A DNA stretch of 36,288 bases, taken from contig DATMTF010000061.1 in assembly GCA_035565015.1 (NCBI GenBank), positions 1 through 36,288 of the forward strand, in the 5' to 3' direction. How positions within the stretch are numbered: the stretch's first letter is position 1; every line of letters begins with the position of its first letter. Origin of the DNA: Asticcacaulis sp. (lineage in GTDB: Bacteria > Pseudomonadota > Alphaproteobacteria > Caulobacterales > Caulobacteraceae). The translations under genes were made by a program, and so were the position numbers. The notes under the pieces are model-generated. The model saw only the letters and a list, made by a program, of their open reading frames with translations, was not told where the DNA came from and ran no database searches. Shown one piece after another: positions 17,083 to 28,000 of this stretch.

Positions 17083-17154
17083 ATGACAGCGCTGACATGA
17101 AAAAACCATATTGACGACGGTTTCGTTTCGGCCAATCATGACACCGGTTTCCAT
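17083..17154 (+). promoter_or_regulatory. Promoter with two LacI-family operator-like dyads
   Basis: ATGACAGCGCTGACAT (17083-17098) and TGACACCGGTTTCCA (17139-17153), both CG-centred, flanking a TTGACG -35 (17111-17116). Confidence 0.6.
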
Positions 17155-17248
17155 CCGACCAGACATTTCAGGTTGGATGCCAGACGCAACAAGCTCCGAC
17201 GGCCATATAAAAAATCCAAGGACCGCCGGAAACAGGAAGGACAAGAAC

Positions 17249-20200
17249 GTGCCCAAACAGACATTCCAGGCGAAGTCTCTTTATATCTGCGCGTCGGTGT
17301 TAGCGCTAACCATCGGCGTCGCATCCGCCGCCGCCGCTCAGACTACGGACGTCGCAGCGGCCAAAAATGACACCGGTAGCAATGGTTCGACCGTTGTCGT
17401 GGTCACCGGCTATCGCGCCTCGCTGCAATCTTCGCTGAACACCAAGAAGCACGCCGACGTCATGCTGGACGCGATCACCGCGGACGACATCGCCTCGTTC
17501 CCGGAAGCGAATCTGGCCGAATCGCTGCAACGCATTCCCGGCATCTCGATCGACCGCGACAATGGCGAAGGCCGTCAGATCAGCGTGCGCGGCCTTGGCG
17601 GCGACTTTACCCGCGTGCGCATCAACGGCATGGAGGCGCTGTCGACGGCGGGGGCCAATGATTCCGGCTCCAGCCCCAACTCGTCGCGCGCTTTCGACTT
17701 CAACACCTTCGCCTCGGAGCTGTTCAGCCGGGTCACCGTGCGCAAGAGCGCCTCGGCGGAAACCGATGAAGGCTCACTGGGCGCCACGGTCGACCTGACC
17801 ACCGGCCATCCGTTCGACTACAAGGGCCAGAAGTTCGTCCTGTCGGCGGAAGACGCCTATTACGAAAACGGCAAGCATCAGAATCCGCGTCTAGCGGGCC
17901 TGTACTCGAACCGTTGGTTCGGCGGCAAGCTCGGCTTCCTGGCGTCCGTCGCTTACCAGCAGCGCGACACCTCGATCAGTTCCTATATCCGTCAGGCCGG
18001 ATCGGCCGATTACACGTATCGCGGCACGACCTGGGCGACGCTGCCGACGAAGGGCTCGCCGAAAGTCTATGGCTTCGCTGCGCCTACCGGAACGAATTTG
18101 AGCGCTTACGGGATCACCAATCCGACGGCGATCGCCGCCCTGACCGGTTCTGATCCGGCGGCCTATGCGGCGCTTTATCCTGACGGTTTCGGCTCGGCCT
18201 CGCTGGTGCGCATCCCGGCCCTCGCGACGCTGAACGATCAGGAGTTGCATTCGGAACGGCTGGGGATCACCTCATCCTTGCAATGGCAGGTCAGCGACAA
18301 GACGCGGGTCACTGTCGATTATCTGCATTCGCGCTTCCGCAACGAAAGCGTCAACTATCAGATTCAGAGCGTCGGGTTGAACCGCAACAACACCAATGCG
18401 ACCTATTATACAGCCAACGCCAAGACCTCGATCGCTAACAAGCGTAAGATGTATCCGGGTCAATGCACCGCGCAGGCCGAGTCCAGCATCACCTACGGCC
18501 TGGACTGCGGCGCGTCGCTGTACGGTTCGACCCCAGCCTTCGCCACCGGCTCGGACGGCAAGGCGGCCGTGCTGGGGACCAACATCTTCTCGGTCAATCC
18601 GAACAATCTCGATCCTTATGATTATTACAATAACCCGAACTCCGTCGGTTACGTACACAGCGCCGACGGCATCGGTTTCCTGTCGTCGCTGATGGGCCGT
18701 CCGGCGACCAAGGTTCTGGCCGCGCATGTTAGCAACAACGTGGCGGACTACCTGCAATTATCGAACGTCGACTGGCGTTCGGGCGCGGACGCCGCCTATT
18801 ACACTACCTATTTCGACCAGCTATCGACCCATATCGACCATAGCTTCACCGACCGCCTGCATCTGACGGCGGATATCGGCGCCTCGCGTTCGGTGAACGA
18901 TCAGGAAGGGCTGCTGGTTGAATTTAACAGCATGGATCGTCCGGAAACCATGACCTATGACGCGCGTGGCGGCGACGCCATGCCGCTGCTCGATCCGGGT
19001 TTCAACGTGGCCGACGCCAGCAACTGGGGCATCGTCAAAGGCTTCTCGGCCATGCGTCACTACCGCACCCTGATCGAGAACAAATATTACGGCGCCAAAT
19101 TCGACCTGTCCTGGGACTTCACCGATCACGACACGCTGAAGTTCGGTATGACCGGTCGCAAATATGACTTCTCAAGTCATCAGTGGCAGCGTCCGGTCGA
19201 TACTCTGAACCCGACGGAAAAAGAGGCGGGCGTCGACGTCGCCTCGCTTGGCGCCGTACATCAATGGGGGCAGGGCCTCAATGTGCCGCAGGGCATGCCG
19301 ACCAGCTTCTTCGCGCCGGATCTGGCCGCCTTCTCGAAGACCTTTGGCTTTGATTGCAACTGTATCAACAAGTACGGCGACTTCACGATTTCGGACAAGA
19401 AGAACAATACCGCTCAGTTCACCGTGCAGGAGCAAGACCGCGCCGCTTACGTGCAGTGGGACTTTGACTACGCCATGCCCGTGGGCGATCTGAGCGGCAA
19501 TTTCGGCGTGCGCCAGGTGGCGACCGACGTATTGTCGACGGGCCGCGACAACAAGGGGCGCCCGCTGATCGGCACGAACACCTATTCCGACACCCTGCCG
19601 TCGATGAACTTGAACTACAAGCTGACGGAGAACCTGTATTTCCGCTTCGCCGCGGCCAAGGTGATGGCGCGCCCGCTGCTGGGTAACCTGTCGCCGGCGG
19701 TCACCTCGATCAGCGTGCCGAACACCGGAGACACGACGGGCGGCACGCTGACCATCGGCAATCCCAAGCTCAGCCCGTTCCGCGCCGACAATTTCGACGC
19801 CGACGTTGAGTGGTACTTCAAAAAGAATGCGCTTTTATCATTCGCGATCTTCACCAAGAAGATCAATTCATACCCGCAGACGGTGATCTATTCGGCGCCG
19901 CTGTCGACCTTCCTGAGCGCGGACAATATTGCGGCGCTAAAGCAGCAGTTCACCAACCTCAACCAGTTGGCCTATATTGACAACGACTATACCTTCGACG
20001 CCCGCCAGTACCGCGACGCGCCGGGCGGCACATTGTCGGGCTGGGAGTTCAACTATCAGGAGGATCTCGACTTCCTGCCGGGCGTGCTGAAAAATCTCGG
20101 CGTCCAGTTCAACGCCACTCACATCAATTCCAAGCTGACCTATATCCTCGATCCGGGCAGCACGACGGTGGCGCCGACCTATGGTTCGGGACCGTGGCTG

Positions 20201-20557
20201 GGCGCCTCGCCTGACGCGCAAAATCTGACTGTTTATTATGAAGTGCCACAGTTCAGCGTCCGCGTTTCGGTCGCCAAGCGTGACGGCTACTACACCAACT
20301 ACCCGATCGCCGCCGGCTCCTGCGCGCCGGGCGCCTGCGACTCGCCGCTGGTCAACGACTTTGCGGGTTCGAAAGGGACGACCAATGTCGACGCGGTCGC
20401 CAACTGGAACTTCAGCAAGCATCTGAGCCTGCGTCTCGAAGGCCTGAATCTGACCAACCAGACAACCAACCGCTACGCCTATATCGCCAGCCCGGTCGTC
20501 ACCCAGTATGCTTCGACGGGCCGCCAGATCACACTGGGCGTACGCTTCAAGTATTAG
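17249..20557 (+). CDS. Large TonB-dependent receptor (1102 aa), carbohydrate-uptake type
   Basis: GTG start after AGGAAGGA, signal peptide, TVVVVTGYRASL, NLAESLQRIPGISIDRDNGEGRQISVRGLG, GNPKLSPF and terminal GVRFKY. Confidence 0.94.
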   Translation: MPKQTFQAKSLYICASVLALTIGVASAAAAQTTDVAAAKNDTGSNGSTVVVVTGYRASLQSSLNTKKHADVMLDAITADDIASFPEANLAESLQRIPGISIDRDNGEGRQISVRGLGGDFTRVRINGMEALSTAGANDSGSSPNSSRAFDFNTFASELFSRVTVRKSASAETDEGSLGATVDLTTGHPFDYKGQKFVLSAEDAYYENGKHQNPRLAGLYSNRWFGGKLGFLASVAYQQRDTSISSYIRQAGSADYTYRGTTWATLPTKGSPKVYGFAAPTGTNLSAYGITNPTAIAALTGSDPAAYAALYPDGFGSASLVRIPALATLNDQELHSERLGITSSLQWQVSDKTRVTVDYLHSRFRNESVNYQIQSVGLNRNNTNATYYTANAKTSIANKRKMYPGQCTAQAESSITYGLDCGASLYGSTPAFATGSDGKAAVLGTNIFSVNPNNLDPYDYYNNPNSVGYVHSADGIGFLSSLMGRPATKVLAAHVSNNVADYLQLSNVDWRSGADAAYYTTYFDQLSTHIDHSFTDRLHLTADIGASRSVNDQEGLLVEFNSMDRPETMTYDARGGDAMPLLDPGFNVADASNWGIVKGFSAMRHYRTLIENKYYGAKFDLSWDFTDHDTLKFGMTGRKYDFSSHQWQRPVDTLNPTEKEAGVDVASLGAVHQWGQGLNVPQGMPTSFFAPDLAAFSKTFGFDCNCINKYGDFTISDKKNNTAQFTVQEQDRAAYVQWDFDYAMPVGDLSGNFGVRQVATDVLSTGRDNKGRPLIGTNTYSDTLPSMNLNYKLTENLYFRFAAAKVMARPLLGNLSPAVTSISVPNTGDTTGGTLTIGNPKLSPFRADNFDADVEWYFKKNALLSFAIFTKKINSYPQTVIYSAPLSTFLSADNIAALKQQFTNLNQLAYIDNDYTFDARQYRDAPGGTLSGWEFNYQEDLDFLPGVLKNLGVQFNATHINSKLTYILDPGSTTVAPTYGSGPWLGASPDAQNLTVYYEVPQFSVRVSVAKRDGYYTNYPIAAGSCAPGACDSPLVNDFAGSKGTTNVDAVANWNFSKHLSLRLEGLNLTNQTTNRYAYIASPVVTQYASTGRQITLGVRFKY

Positions 20558-20649
20558 GTTGTTCCGCCGGCGTTTTCTTCCCCCGTCGGCGGACAAGACC
20601 CCAGCTCCCCGTTTTGCGCCGAGTTTTAGCGCACGACAGCTGGACTCCT

Positions 20650-20681
20650 GGCGCCGGTTTGCAAAAATCGGCGCCCTTTTT
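20650..20681 (+). terminator. Intrinsic terminator/attenuator after the TBDT
   Basis: Stem GGCGCCGGTTT/AAATCGGCGCC followed by CTTTTT; it is the last of three hairpins in 20563-20681. Confidence 0.65.
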
Positions 20682-20711
20682 ATTCTCCTCGTCTTTCGCC
20701 GGAGCCGCTTC

Positions 20712-23027
20712 ATGACCTTGACCCGCCGTCACGCCTTGCAATGCGCTGTCGCCGGTCTCGGCGCCGCGCTGGTTCCCGCCGCCCGCGCTCAGGACGAGGC
20801 GCCTGCCGCCTTGAGCCTGTGGTACAAACAGCCCGCCAGCGTCTGGACCGAGGCCCTGCCGATCGGCAACGGGCGACTGGGCGCCATGGTCTTTGGCGGC
20901 GTCGGGCGCGAGGAATTGCAACTCAATGAGGATACGCTCTGGGCGGGCGGCCCTTACGATCCCGTGCATAAGGGCGCGGTCAATAACCTCGCCGAGGTTC
21001 GTCGCCTGATCTTCGCCGGGAAGTACAAAGACGCCGAGGCGCTGATCGAGCAGGGCATGATGGCCCAGCCGGAAAAGCAGATGTCCTACCAGACGATCGG
21101 CAGCCTGTTCCTGACTGCGGGGCCGTCCTCCATGGCGTCGGATTACCGGCGCGAGCTGGACCTTGACCGCGCGCTGAGCCGGATCAGCTTCGTTCAGGAC
21201 GGGACGCGCTTTACCCGTGAAACCTTCGTCTCGCCGGTCGATCAGGTCATCGTCATGCGCATCCGCTCGGATCAACCGGGCAGGGTGCGCCTGCGCCTCG
21301 ACTACGGCACGCCGCAGGCGGCGCAGACCCGGATCGACGGCGCCGACCTGATCCTGTCGGGCGTCAATACCAGCCAGCAGGGCGTGCCCGCCGCCCTGAG
21401 CTTCGAGGCGCGCGCCCGCGTGCGCGTCAAGGGCGGGCAGGTCGTCCCGGACGAAGACGGGCTGATCGTTGTCGGCGCCGATGAGGCGCTGATCCTGATC
21501 GCCGCTGCGACCAGCTTCAAATCCTGGAGCGACGTTTCCGGCGATCCGTGCGCGCTCAACAAGGCCGTGCTGACCAATGCCGGGAGTAAGACGTTCGACG
21601 ACATGCTGGCCGCGCATGTCGCCGCGCACCAGCGTCTGTTCCGTCGCGTTTCGCTCGATATCGGGCAAGGCGACGCCGCGTCCCTGCCGACCGATCAGCG
21701 CATCAGCCGCGCCGATCTGGCCGCCGATCCGGGGCTGGCCGCGCTCTATTACCAGTTCGGGCGTTATCTGATGATCGCCTGTTCACGGCCCGGCACGCAG
21801 GCGGCGGGCCTGCAAGGGCTATGGAACGATAAGCTGAACGCGCCGTGGGGCGGCAAGTACACGATCAATATCAATACCGAGATGAATTACTGGCCCGCCG
21901 AGCGCGGCGCCTTGCCCGAATGCGTCGGGCCGCTGGTCGATCTGGTGCGCGACATCGCTCGGCGCGGCGAGGAGACCGCGCGTGAGCATTACGGCGCGCG
22001 CGGCTGGGTCTGCCACCACAATACCGACATCTGGCGCGCCACCGGCCCGATCGACGCGGCCAGGTACGGCACATGGCCGATGGGCGGCGCCTGGCTGTGC
22101 CAGCACCTGTGGGCGCATTACGAATTTTCGCGGGATAGGGCGTTTTTAGCCGAAATTTACCCGATTTTTAAGGGCGCTTCGCAGTTTTATCTCGATTTTC
22201 TCACCCCCGAACCCACCCATGGCTGGCTGGTCACCTGTCCATCCATGTCGCCGGAGCATACCCATCCTTACGGCACGATGATCTGCGCCGGACCGACGAT
22301 GGACGTGCAGATTCTCAACGACCTGTTCGACGTCACGGCGAAAGCCGCCGCGCTCCTGAATACCGACGCCGATTTCATCGCCCAGGCGCAGGCGACCAAG
22401 GCGAAGATGCCGCCGATGCAGATCGGCAAGGCCGGTCAGTTGCAGGAATGGCTCGAAGACTGGGACATGCAGGCGCCCGACCTGCATCACCGGCATGTCT
22501 CGCACCTCTACGGCCTGTTTCCCAGCCACCAGATCAACATCTACGACACGCCGGAGCTGGCGAAGGCGGCGCGGCGCTCGCTGGAGATCAGGGGCGACGA
22601 GGCGACCGGCTGGGGCACGGCGTGGCGGATCAATCTGTGGGCCCGTCTCGGCGAAGGCGATCACGCGTTTTCGATCCTGAAATTCCTGCTGGGGCCTGAG
22701 CGCACCTATCCCAATATGTTCGACGCCCACCCGCCGTTCCAGATCGACGGCAATTTCGGCGGCGCCAACGCCATTATGGAGATGCTGATCCAGGCGTGGG
22801 ACGACCAGATCATCGTCCTGCCCGCCCTGCCGTCGGCCTGGTCGTCCGGCGCGTTCCGGGGCATGCGCCTGCCCGGTAATATCGGCGCGGACCTGAGGTG
22901 GAAGGACGGGCGGCTGGAGGCCCTGAGCCTGACCAGCGCGACGGATCAAACCGTGCGCATCCGTTATAGTAACAAGATAACGCCGCTGAACCTGACCGCA
23001 GGAAAGACGGCCTGCTTCAGCGCATAA
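20712..23027 (+). CDS. Glycoside hydrolase family 95 (alpha-L-fucosidase/alpha-L-galactosidase), Tat signal
   Basis: EALPIGNGRLGAM, YTININTEMNYW, HRHVSHLY and PPFQIDGNFG motifs; signal MTLTRRHAL; GGAG before ATG 20712. Confidence 0.94.
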   Translation: MTLTRRHALQCAVAGLGAALVPAARAQDEAPAALSLWYKQPASVWTEALPIGNGRLGAMVFGGVGREELQLNEDTLWAGGPYDPVHKGAVNNLAEVRRLIFAGKYKDAEALIEQGMMAQPEKQMSYQTIGSLFLTAGPSSMASDYRRELDLDRALSRISFVQDGTRFTRETFVSPVDQVIVMRIRSDQPGRVRLRLDYGTPQAAQTRIDGADLILSGVNTSQQGVPAALSFEARARVRVKGGQVVPDEDGLIVVGADEALILIAAATSFKSWSDVSGDPCALNKAVLTNAGSKTFDDMLAAHVAAHQRLFRRVSLDIGQGDAASLPTDQRISRADLAADPGLAALYYQFGRYLMIACSRPGTQAAGLQGLWNDKLNAPWGGKYTININTEMNYWPAERGALPECVGPLVDLVRDIARRGEETAREHYGARGWVCHHNTDIWRATGPIDAARYGTWPMGGAWLCQHLWAHYEFSRDRAFLAEIYPIFKGASQFYLDFLTPEPTHGWLVTCPSMSPEHTHPYGTMICAGPTMDVQILNDLFDVTAKAAALLNTDADFIAQAQATKAKMPPMQIGKAGQLQEWLEDWDMQAPDLHHRHVSHLYGLFPSHQINIYDTPELAKAARRSLEIRGDEATGWGTAWRINLWARLGEGDHAFSILKFLLGPERTYPNMFDAHPPFQIDGNFGGANAIMEMLIQAWDDQIIVLPALPSAWSSGAFRGMRLPGNIGADLRWKDGRLEALSLTSATDQTVRIRYSNKITPLNLTAGKTACFSA

Positions 23028-23037
23028 GGAGGAAACC

Positions 23038-24006
23038 ATGAGAGCCCTTTATCTGGCCGCGACGGCCCTGATCCTGCCTGGCCTTGCCCATGCGCAGACC
23101 GTGACGGTCTCGGCGGACGGGAAGGGGGCCTATCCCAGCTTGCAGGCCGCGATTGACGCTTTGCATGACACCGGTGGCGAGATCGACCTGCAACCGGGCG
23201 TCTATCGCGAAAAGGTCAGCATTACCGGCAATGATCTGCATCTGAAAGGGCTTGGCGCGAAACCGGACGATGTCGTCATCGTCTGGGGCGACAGCGCCGC
23301 CAATACCGGCTCGACCTTTAAGTCCCAGACCGTGCTGGTCACCGGCGACGGTTTTCACGCCGACAATCTCACCATCCAGAACGACTATTCCAAACATAGC
23401 GATGTCGGCTCGCAGGCCGTGGCCCTGTCATTGACCGGCGATAAGGACGTCTTGACCCATGTGCGCCTTCTGGGCGCGCAGGACACCCTCTATGTCAATA
23501 AGGGGCCGCAGGGCCGCATGAGCCGCGACTATTTCGCCGACTGCTATATCGAAGGCCATGTCGATTTCATCTTCGGCAACGCCAAGGCCTGGTTTCAGGG
23601 CTGCGAAATCCACGGCATTCCGCATTCCGAGGTCATGTACACGGCGCAGAGCAAGAACGCGCCGGATGAAGACAGCGGCTTCGTCTTCGATGATTGCACG
23701 TTTACGGCCGAGCCGGGCGCGCAGGGCGTCAGCCTGGGCCGCGCGTGGCGCGCCTATGCCACCGTCGTGTTGCTGAACGCGAAGATCGAGACGCCGCTGA
23801 TCAAGGGCGGCTGGCGCGAATGGCATCCGGGGCAGACCGAGACGCTGAAGACCGCCTATTACGCCGAATATAAGTCGACCGGCGTCGGCGCCGATCCGAC
23901 GGGCCGCGAGCCGTACAGCCACCAACTCACCGACGCGCAGGCCGCCGTCTGGAAGCTGCCCGCCTTCTTCAAAGGCGATACAGACTGGTTGCCGCCAACA
24001 CGATAA
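23038..24006 (+). CDS. Pectin methylesterase (CE8)
   Basis: GVYREKV, QAVAL, QDTLY, VDFIFG and LGRAW motifs; Sec signal; AGGAGG RBS. Confidence 0.93.
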   Translation: MRALYLAATALILPGLAHAQTVTVSADGKGAYPSLQAAIDALHDTGGEIDLQPGVYREKVSITGNDLHLKGLGAKPDDVVIVWGDSAANTGSTFKSQTVLVTGDGFHADNLTIQNDYSKHSDVGSQAVALSLTGDKDVLTHVRLLGAQDTLYVNKGPQGRMSRDYFADCYIEGHVDFIFGNAKAWFQGCEIHGIPHSEVMYTAQSKNAPDEDSGFVFDDCTFTAEPGAQGVSLGRAWRAYATVVLLNAKIETPLIKGGWREWHPGQTETLKTAYYAEYKSTGVGADPTGREPYSHQLTDAQAAVWKLPAFFKGDTDWLPPTR

Positions 24007-24036
24007 GCCTAAAGCCACAGGAAAAAGGAAACCCCG

Positions 24037-25017
24037 ATGACCCTCTCTATGCCTTTCCGCATGACAACCGCCATTCTCACAGTCTGCGCCGCCGCTCTGT
24101 TGGGCGCGCCCGCCCTCGCGCAGGTTCAGCCGACCTACATCCCCGCGCCGCCGCCCTTGCCGGCGGATCAGCTTCCCGCCGTCGTGGACGCCGCCAAACG
24201 CGCCGCGATCAAGCCTATCGCGCCGGATAAGATCATCCTCGTCGGCGATTCCACCACCCAGGTCGGCAGCGGCTGGGGCGGCGCCTTCTGCGACAACCAC
24301 GTCACCTCCTTCTTAAGTTGCGTCAATCTGGCGCGCGGCGGGCGCGGCACGTTCGACTATCGCGCCGAAGGCTCGTGGGACATCGCGCTGGGCGAAATGA
24401 AGGTTCCCGGCTACCGCCACGTCTATGTGCTGATCCAGTTCGGCCATAATGACCAGCCGGGCAAGCCGGGACGTTCGACCGATCTCTATACCGAATATCC
24501 GGCCAATCTGGCGCGCTATGTGACCGAGGCGCGCGCCGCCGGGGCGATCCCGGTGCTGGTGACGCCATTGACGCGGCGCTCGTTCAAGGACGGCTCCTTG
24601 CAGGCCGATCTCAACGCCTGGGCGGAAGCCGTGCGCAAGGTGGCCGCCGACATGAATGTCCCGCTGGTCGACCTCAACAAGGTCTCGACCGACGCCGTGC
24701 AGGCCATGGGACCGGCGGCGGCGATCTCGCTGGCCGAAGCCGCGCCGCCGCAATTCGTCATCGACGCGGCCAAGACCGGCACGACGGTCGGAGCGCCCAA
24801 GGACGGCAAGCCCGCGCCGGAAACGGCCAATGAGACGCTGGACACGCCGCAGGGCCATCCGACGGTCGTGTTCGACTACACCCATCTCGGCCCAAAGGGG
24901 GCGGAGTATTTCGCCCATATGGTGACGGTGCAACTGGCCAAAGCCGTGCCGGACCTGCGCCATGAACTGGTCGACAAGCTCTATCCGACGCCATACGACA
25001 TGCCGGCGGGGTATTGA
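24037..25017 (+). CDS. Rhamnogalacturonan acetylesterase-like SGNH esterase (CE12)
   Basis: Blocks VGDST, ARGGRGT, QFGHND and DYTH; signal peptide. Confidence 0.88.
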   Translation: MTLSMPFRMTTAILTVCAAALLGAPALAQVQPTYIPAPPPLPADQLPAVVDAAKRAAIKPIAPDKIILVGDSTTQVGSGWGGAFCDNHVTSFLSCVNLARGGRGTFDYRAEGSWDIALGEMKVPGYRHVYVLIQFGHNDQPGKPGRSTDLYTEYPANLARYVTEARAAGAIPVLVTPLTRRSFKDGSLQADLNAWAEAVRKVAADMNVPLVDLNKVSTDAVQAMGPAAAISLAEAAPPQFVIDAAKTGTTVGAPKDGKPAPETANETLDTPQGHPTVVFDYTHLGPKGAEYFAHMVTVQLAKAVPDLRHELVDKLYPTPYDMPAGY

Positions 25018-25019
25018 GG

Positions 25020-28000
25020 ATGACGCTCGACCGCCGCCGCCTTTTCGGCCTGGCCGTCGCCGCGCCCGTCGCCCTGTCCGCCGTCCGAACGTTCGCGCAG
25101 ACGCCGGATGACAGCCTCGTCGCCGGCCATCTCGGCCAGCCCGTCGTCATTCCCGACGAAGGCTGGCGGCTATGGCTGGACCCCAAGGCGGTGTGGCGGG
25201 ACGATGTCGTCTATCTGCCCGACGACGTTCCGCCGATGGGGCAACTGCCGCTGCATCCGCCCACCGGCGGCTGGGACGCGCTGACGATGTCCGCCTCGCG
25301 CGAGGTGACCCTGCCCGCCACGGTCGAGCAGTTCGACTGGGGCCGGTTCGGCGAGCGCCCCTATACGCCGGACGAATACCGCTACGCCGCCGACGATCCC
25401 TTGCCGCAGAACGGCGCCTATGTCGGCGTGTCGTGGTGGTGGCGCGACATCGTCATTCCCGCCGAAGCGAAGAACAAACAGGTCTGGCTGCATATTCGCG
25501 GCGCGCGCCTGCGGGCCGAGGTGTACCTCAATGAAAAGCTGGTCGGCTATTCGATCATGTCGGAACTGCCGATCGCCTGCGACCTGACGCAGGCGATGCA
25601 GCCGGGCGGCGGCAACCGGCTGGCCATCCGCATCACCAATCCGGGCGGGCGTTTCGACTGGAAGGATTCCAACAGCCTGACCTGGGGCCATGTCAAATTT
25701 TATGAATCGCACGGCTTCGGCGGGCTGGATCGCGGCCTGACGCTCAGCCTGCATCCGAAGGCGGGCCGTATTCGCGACGCCTGGGTGCTGAACACGCCGC
25801 AGCCGCGCTCCGTGACCGCGCATCTCGAACTGGAACTGGCGAAACCGGCCTCCGTCGCGGCGCTGAAAACGCAACTGGGCGCCGCGCTTTACGACGACCG
25901 GGGCCAGCCGGTCGCCGCTGACGTGGTGTTAGAAGATGTGGCGCTGGACGGGGCAGTCGCCACGGCGCGCTTTCGCCTCAGCGCGCCTTCGGCGAAGCTG
26001 TGGGATCTCGACTCGCCCGATCTTTACCGCGTGCGCTTAAGCTGGCGCGATGGCGCGGCGCAGGACAGCGCCGAGGCGCGCTTCGGCTTTCGCTGGTACA
26101 GCCCCGAAGGCATCGGCCAGAACGCCATGCTGCGGCTCAACGGACGGCGCATCAAGGCCTATTCGGCGATCTCATGGGGCTATTGGGGCTATAACGGCCT
26201 GTGGCCGACGCCGGAACTGGCGCGGCGCGAGGTGACGGCGGCCAAGGCTTTAGGTCTGAACGCGCTCAGCTTCCACCGCAATGTCGGCAAGCGCGAAGTG
26301 CTGAACCGGCAGGATGAGATGGGCCTGCTGCGCAGCATGGAGCCGGGCGCGGGCCGTCAGGCCATAGGCCGCGACCTCAAACCCGGTCAGAGCCTGTCCG
26401 AGGCCGACCGCTTCAGCCGCGACTTTATGCTGGCCAAGTGCCGGGCAATGGCGCGCGCCTTCCGCTCGCACCCCAGCCTCGTGCATTACACCTTGCAGAA
26501 TGAAGTCTCGGCCAATCTGGCCAATCCCGATGTCGAGGCGGTGTTGCGCGCCATGCGCGATCTCGACCCCAGCCGCACCATCATTCTCAATGACGGCTTC
26601 GTCGGGCGCGGCGCGGCCCAGGCCATGTTCTTACCCTATGACGATCACCTCTACCGTTCCGATGTCGAGACGGCGGGGGGATGGTGGGTCAATCATCAGG
26701 GCGCGGGCGATCAGTGGTACGACAAATTCTATGTCGGCAAGGATGATTTCGTGCATCGTCAGGTCATGTCCGAAGCCATTGTCGAATTTGGCGAAATGGA
26801 AGGCTGCGCGGTCTGCGACGACCATGTGAGGATGGTGGCCGATATTCTGCAACACGGCGGCCAGTCCTACGACCTTGAGGACCACAAGGACATCATCAAG
26901 GGCGCGGGCGCCTTCCTCGATCAATGGGGTTTCCGCACGGCCTTCCCGACGACCGAGAGCTATTTCCTCGCCGTTGGGCAAAAACAGTACGATTCCTGGC
27001 AGAACTATCTGGAGAATATCCGCATCTGCGACTCGGTCGATATGGCGGCGATCAGCGGCTGGGAATCGACCGCCATTGAGAACCATTCCGGCATTGTCGA
27101 CAATCTGCGTTATTTCCATTCCGAGCCGGAACGTATCTCGGTCAGCCTGAAACCGGTGCGCCCGGTCGCCAAGCAGAGGCATATGACCTATGCCGAGGGC
27201 GAGGCGGCGGAACTGGATCTGTGGCTGCTCAATGACACCGAACAGCCGGTGACAGGCGGGCTGACCCTCAGCGTGATCGACCCGTCGGGCAAGACGACGC
27301 CTGTCGGTCGCTACGATGTTCCGGCCCAGACGCCGGACGTATTCAGCTATCTCGTGGCCGAAAAGGTCATGACGCCGCCCCTGACCGGAGAGGGCGCGCA
27401 TACGGTGACGTTTGCGCTGGACGGTCATCCGGACGCGACATTCCGCCGTCAGCTCTGGGTGGTCAGGACGGATGTGAAACCCAAGCGATCCTTGCGCGTG
27501 GGCCTGTCGGGCGTGGCCAGATCCTTCCGCGAGCAACTGACGGCTCTGCCCGGCGTGACGTTCGAGGATTTCACGGCGGGCGGCGCCTATGACGCGGTCA
27601 TCGCCTCCGGCCTCAAGGCGGACGAGATCGAACGCCGCCAGATCGGCGACCAGACCGGCAATGAGGGCGCGCCGAAAAAGGGCGAGGCGCCGAAACTGGT
27701 TATGGGCGAACTGCCTGGCGATGTGCTGGCCGCCGTGCAGAATGGCCTGCCGCTGTTCGTCATGGCGCCCGAAGACGGTCTGGCCGACGGCATCGCGACG
27801 CAACTGGCTCAGGCAGGCCTGTTGGCTTACGACGGTCAGGTCGGCGATCTGCGCGCGCCGTGGATGGGTAACTGGAACGTCTTGCGCGCCCATCCGGTGT
27901 TCGCGGGCATTCCCGCCGACTGCTGCGCGGGCCTGTGGCATCAGGTCGACGGCCACGCCTCCAACGGCCTTAAGGCGTCAGGCGAAGGAATCGAGATCAT

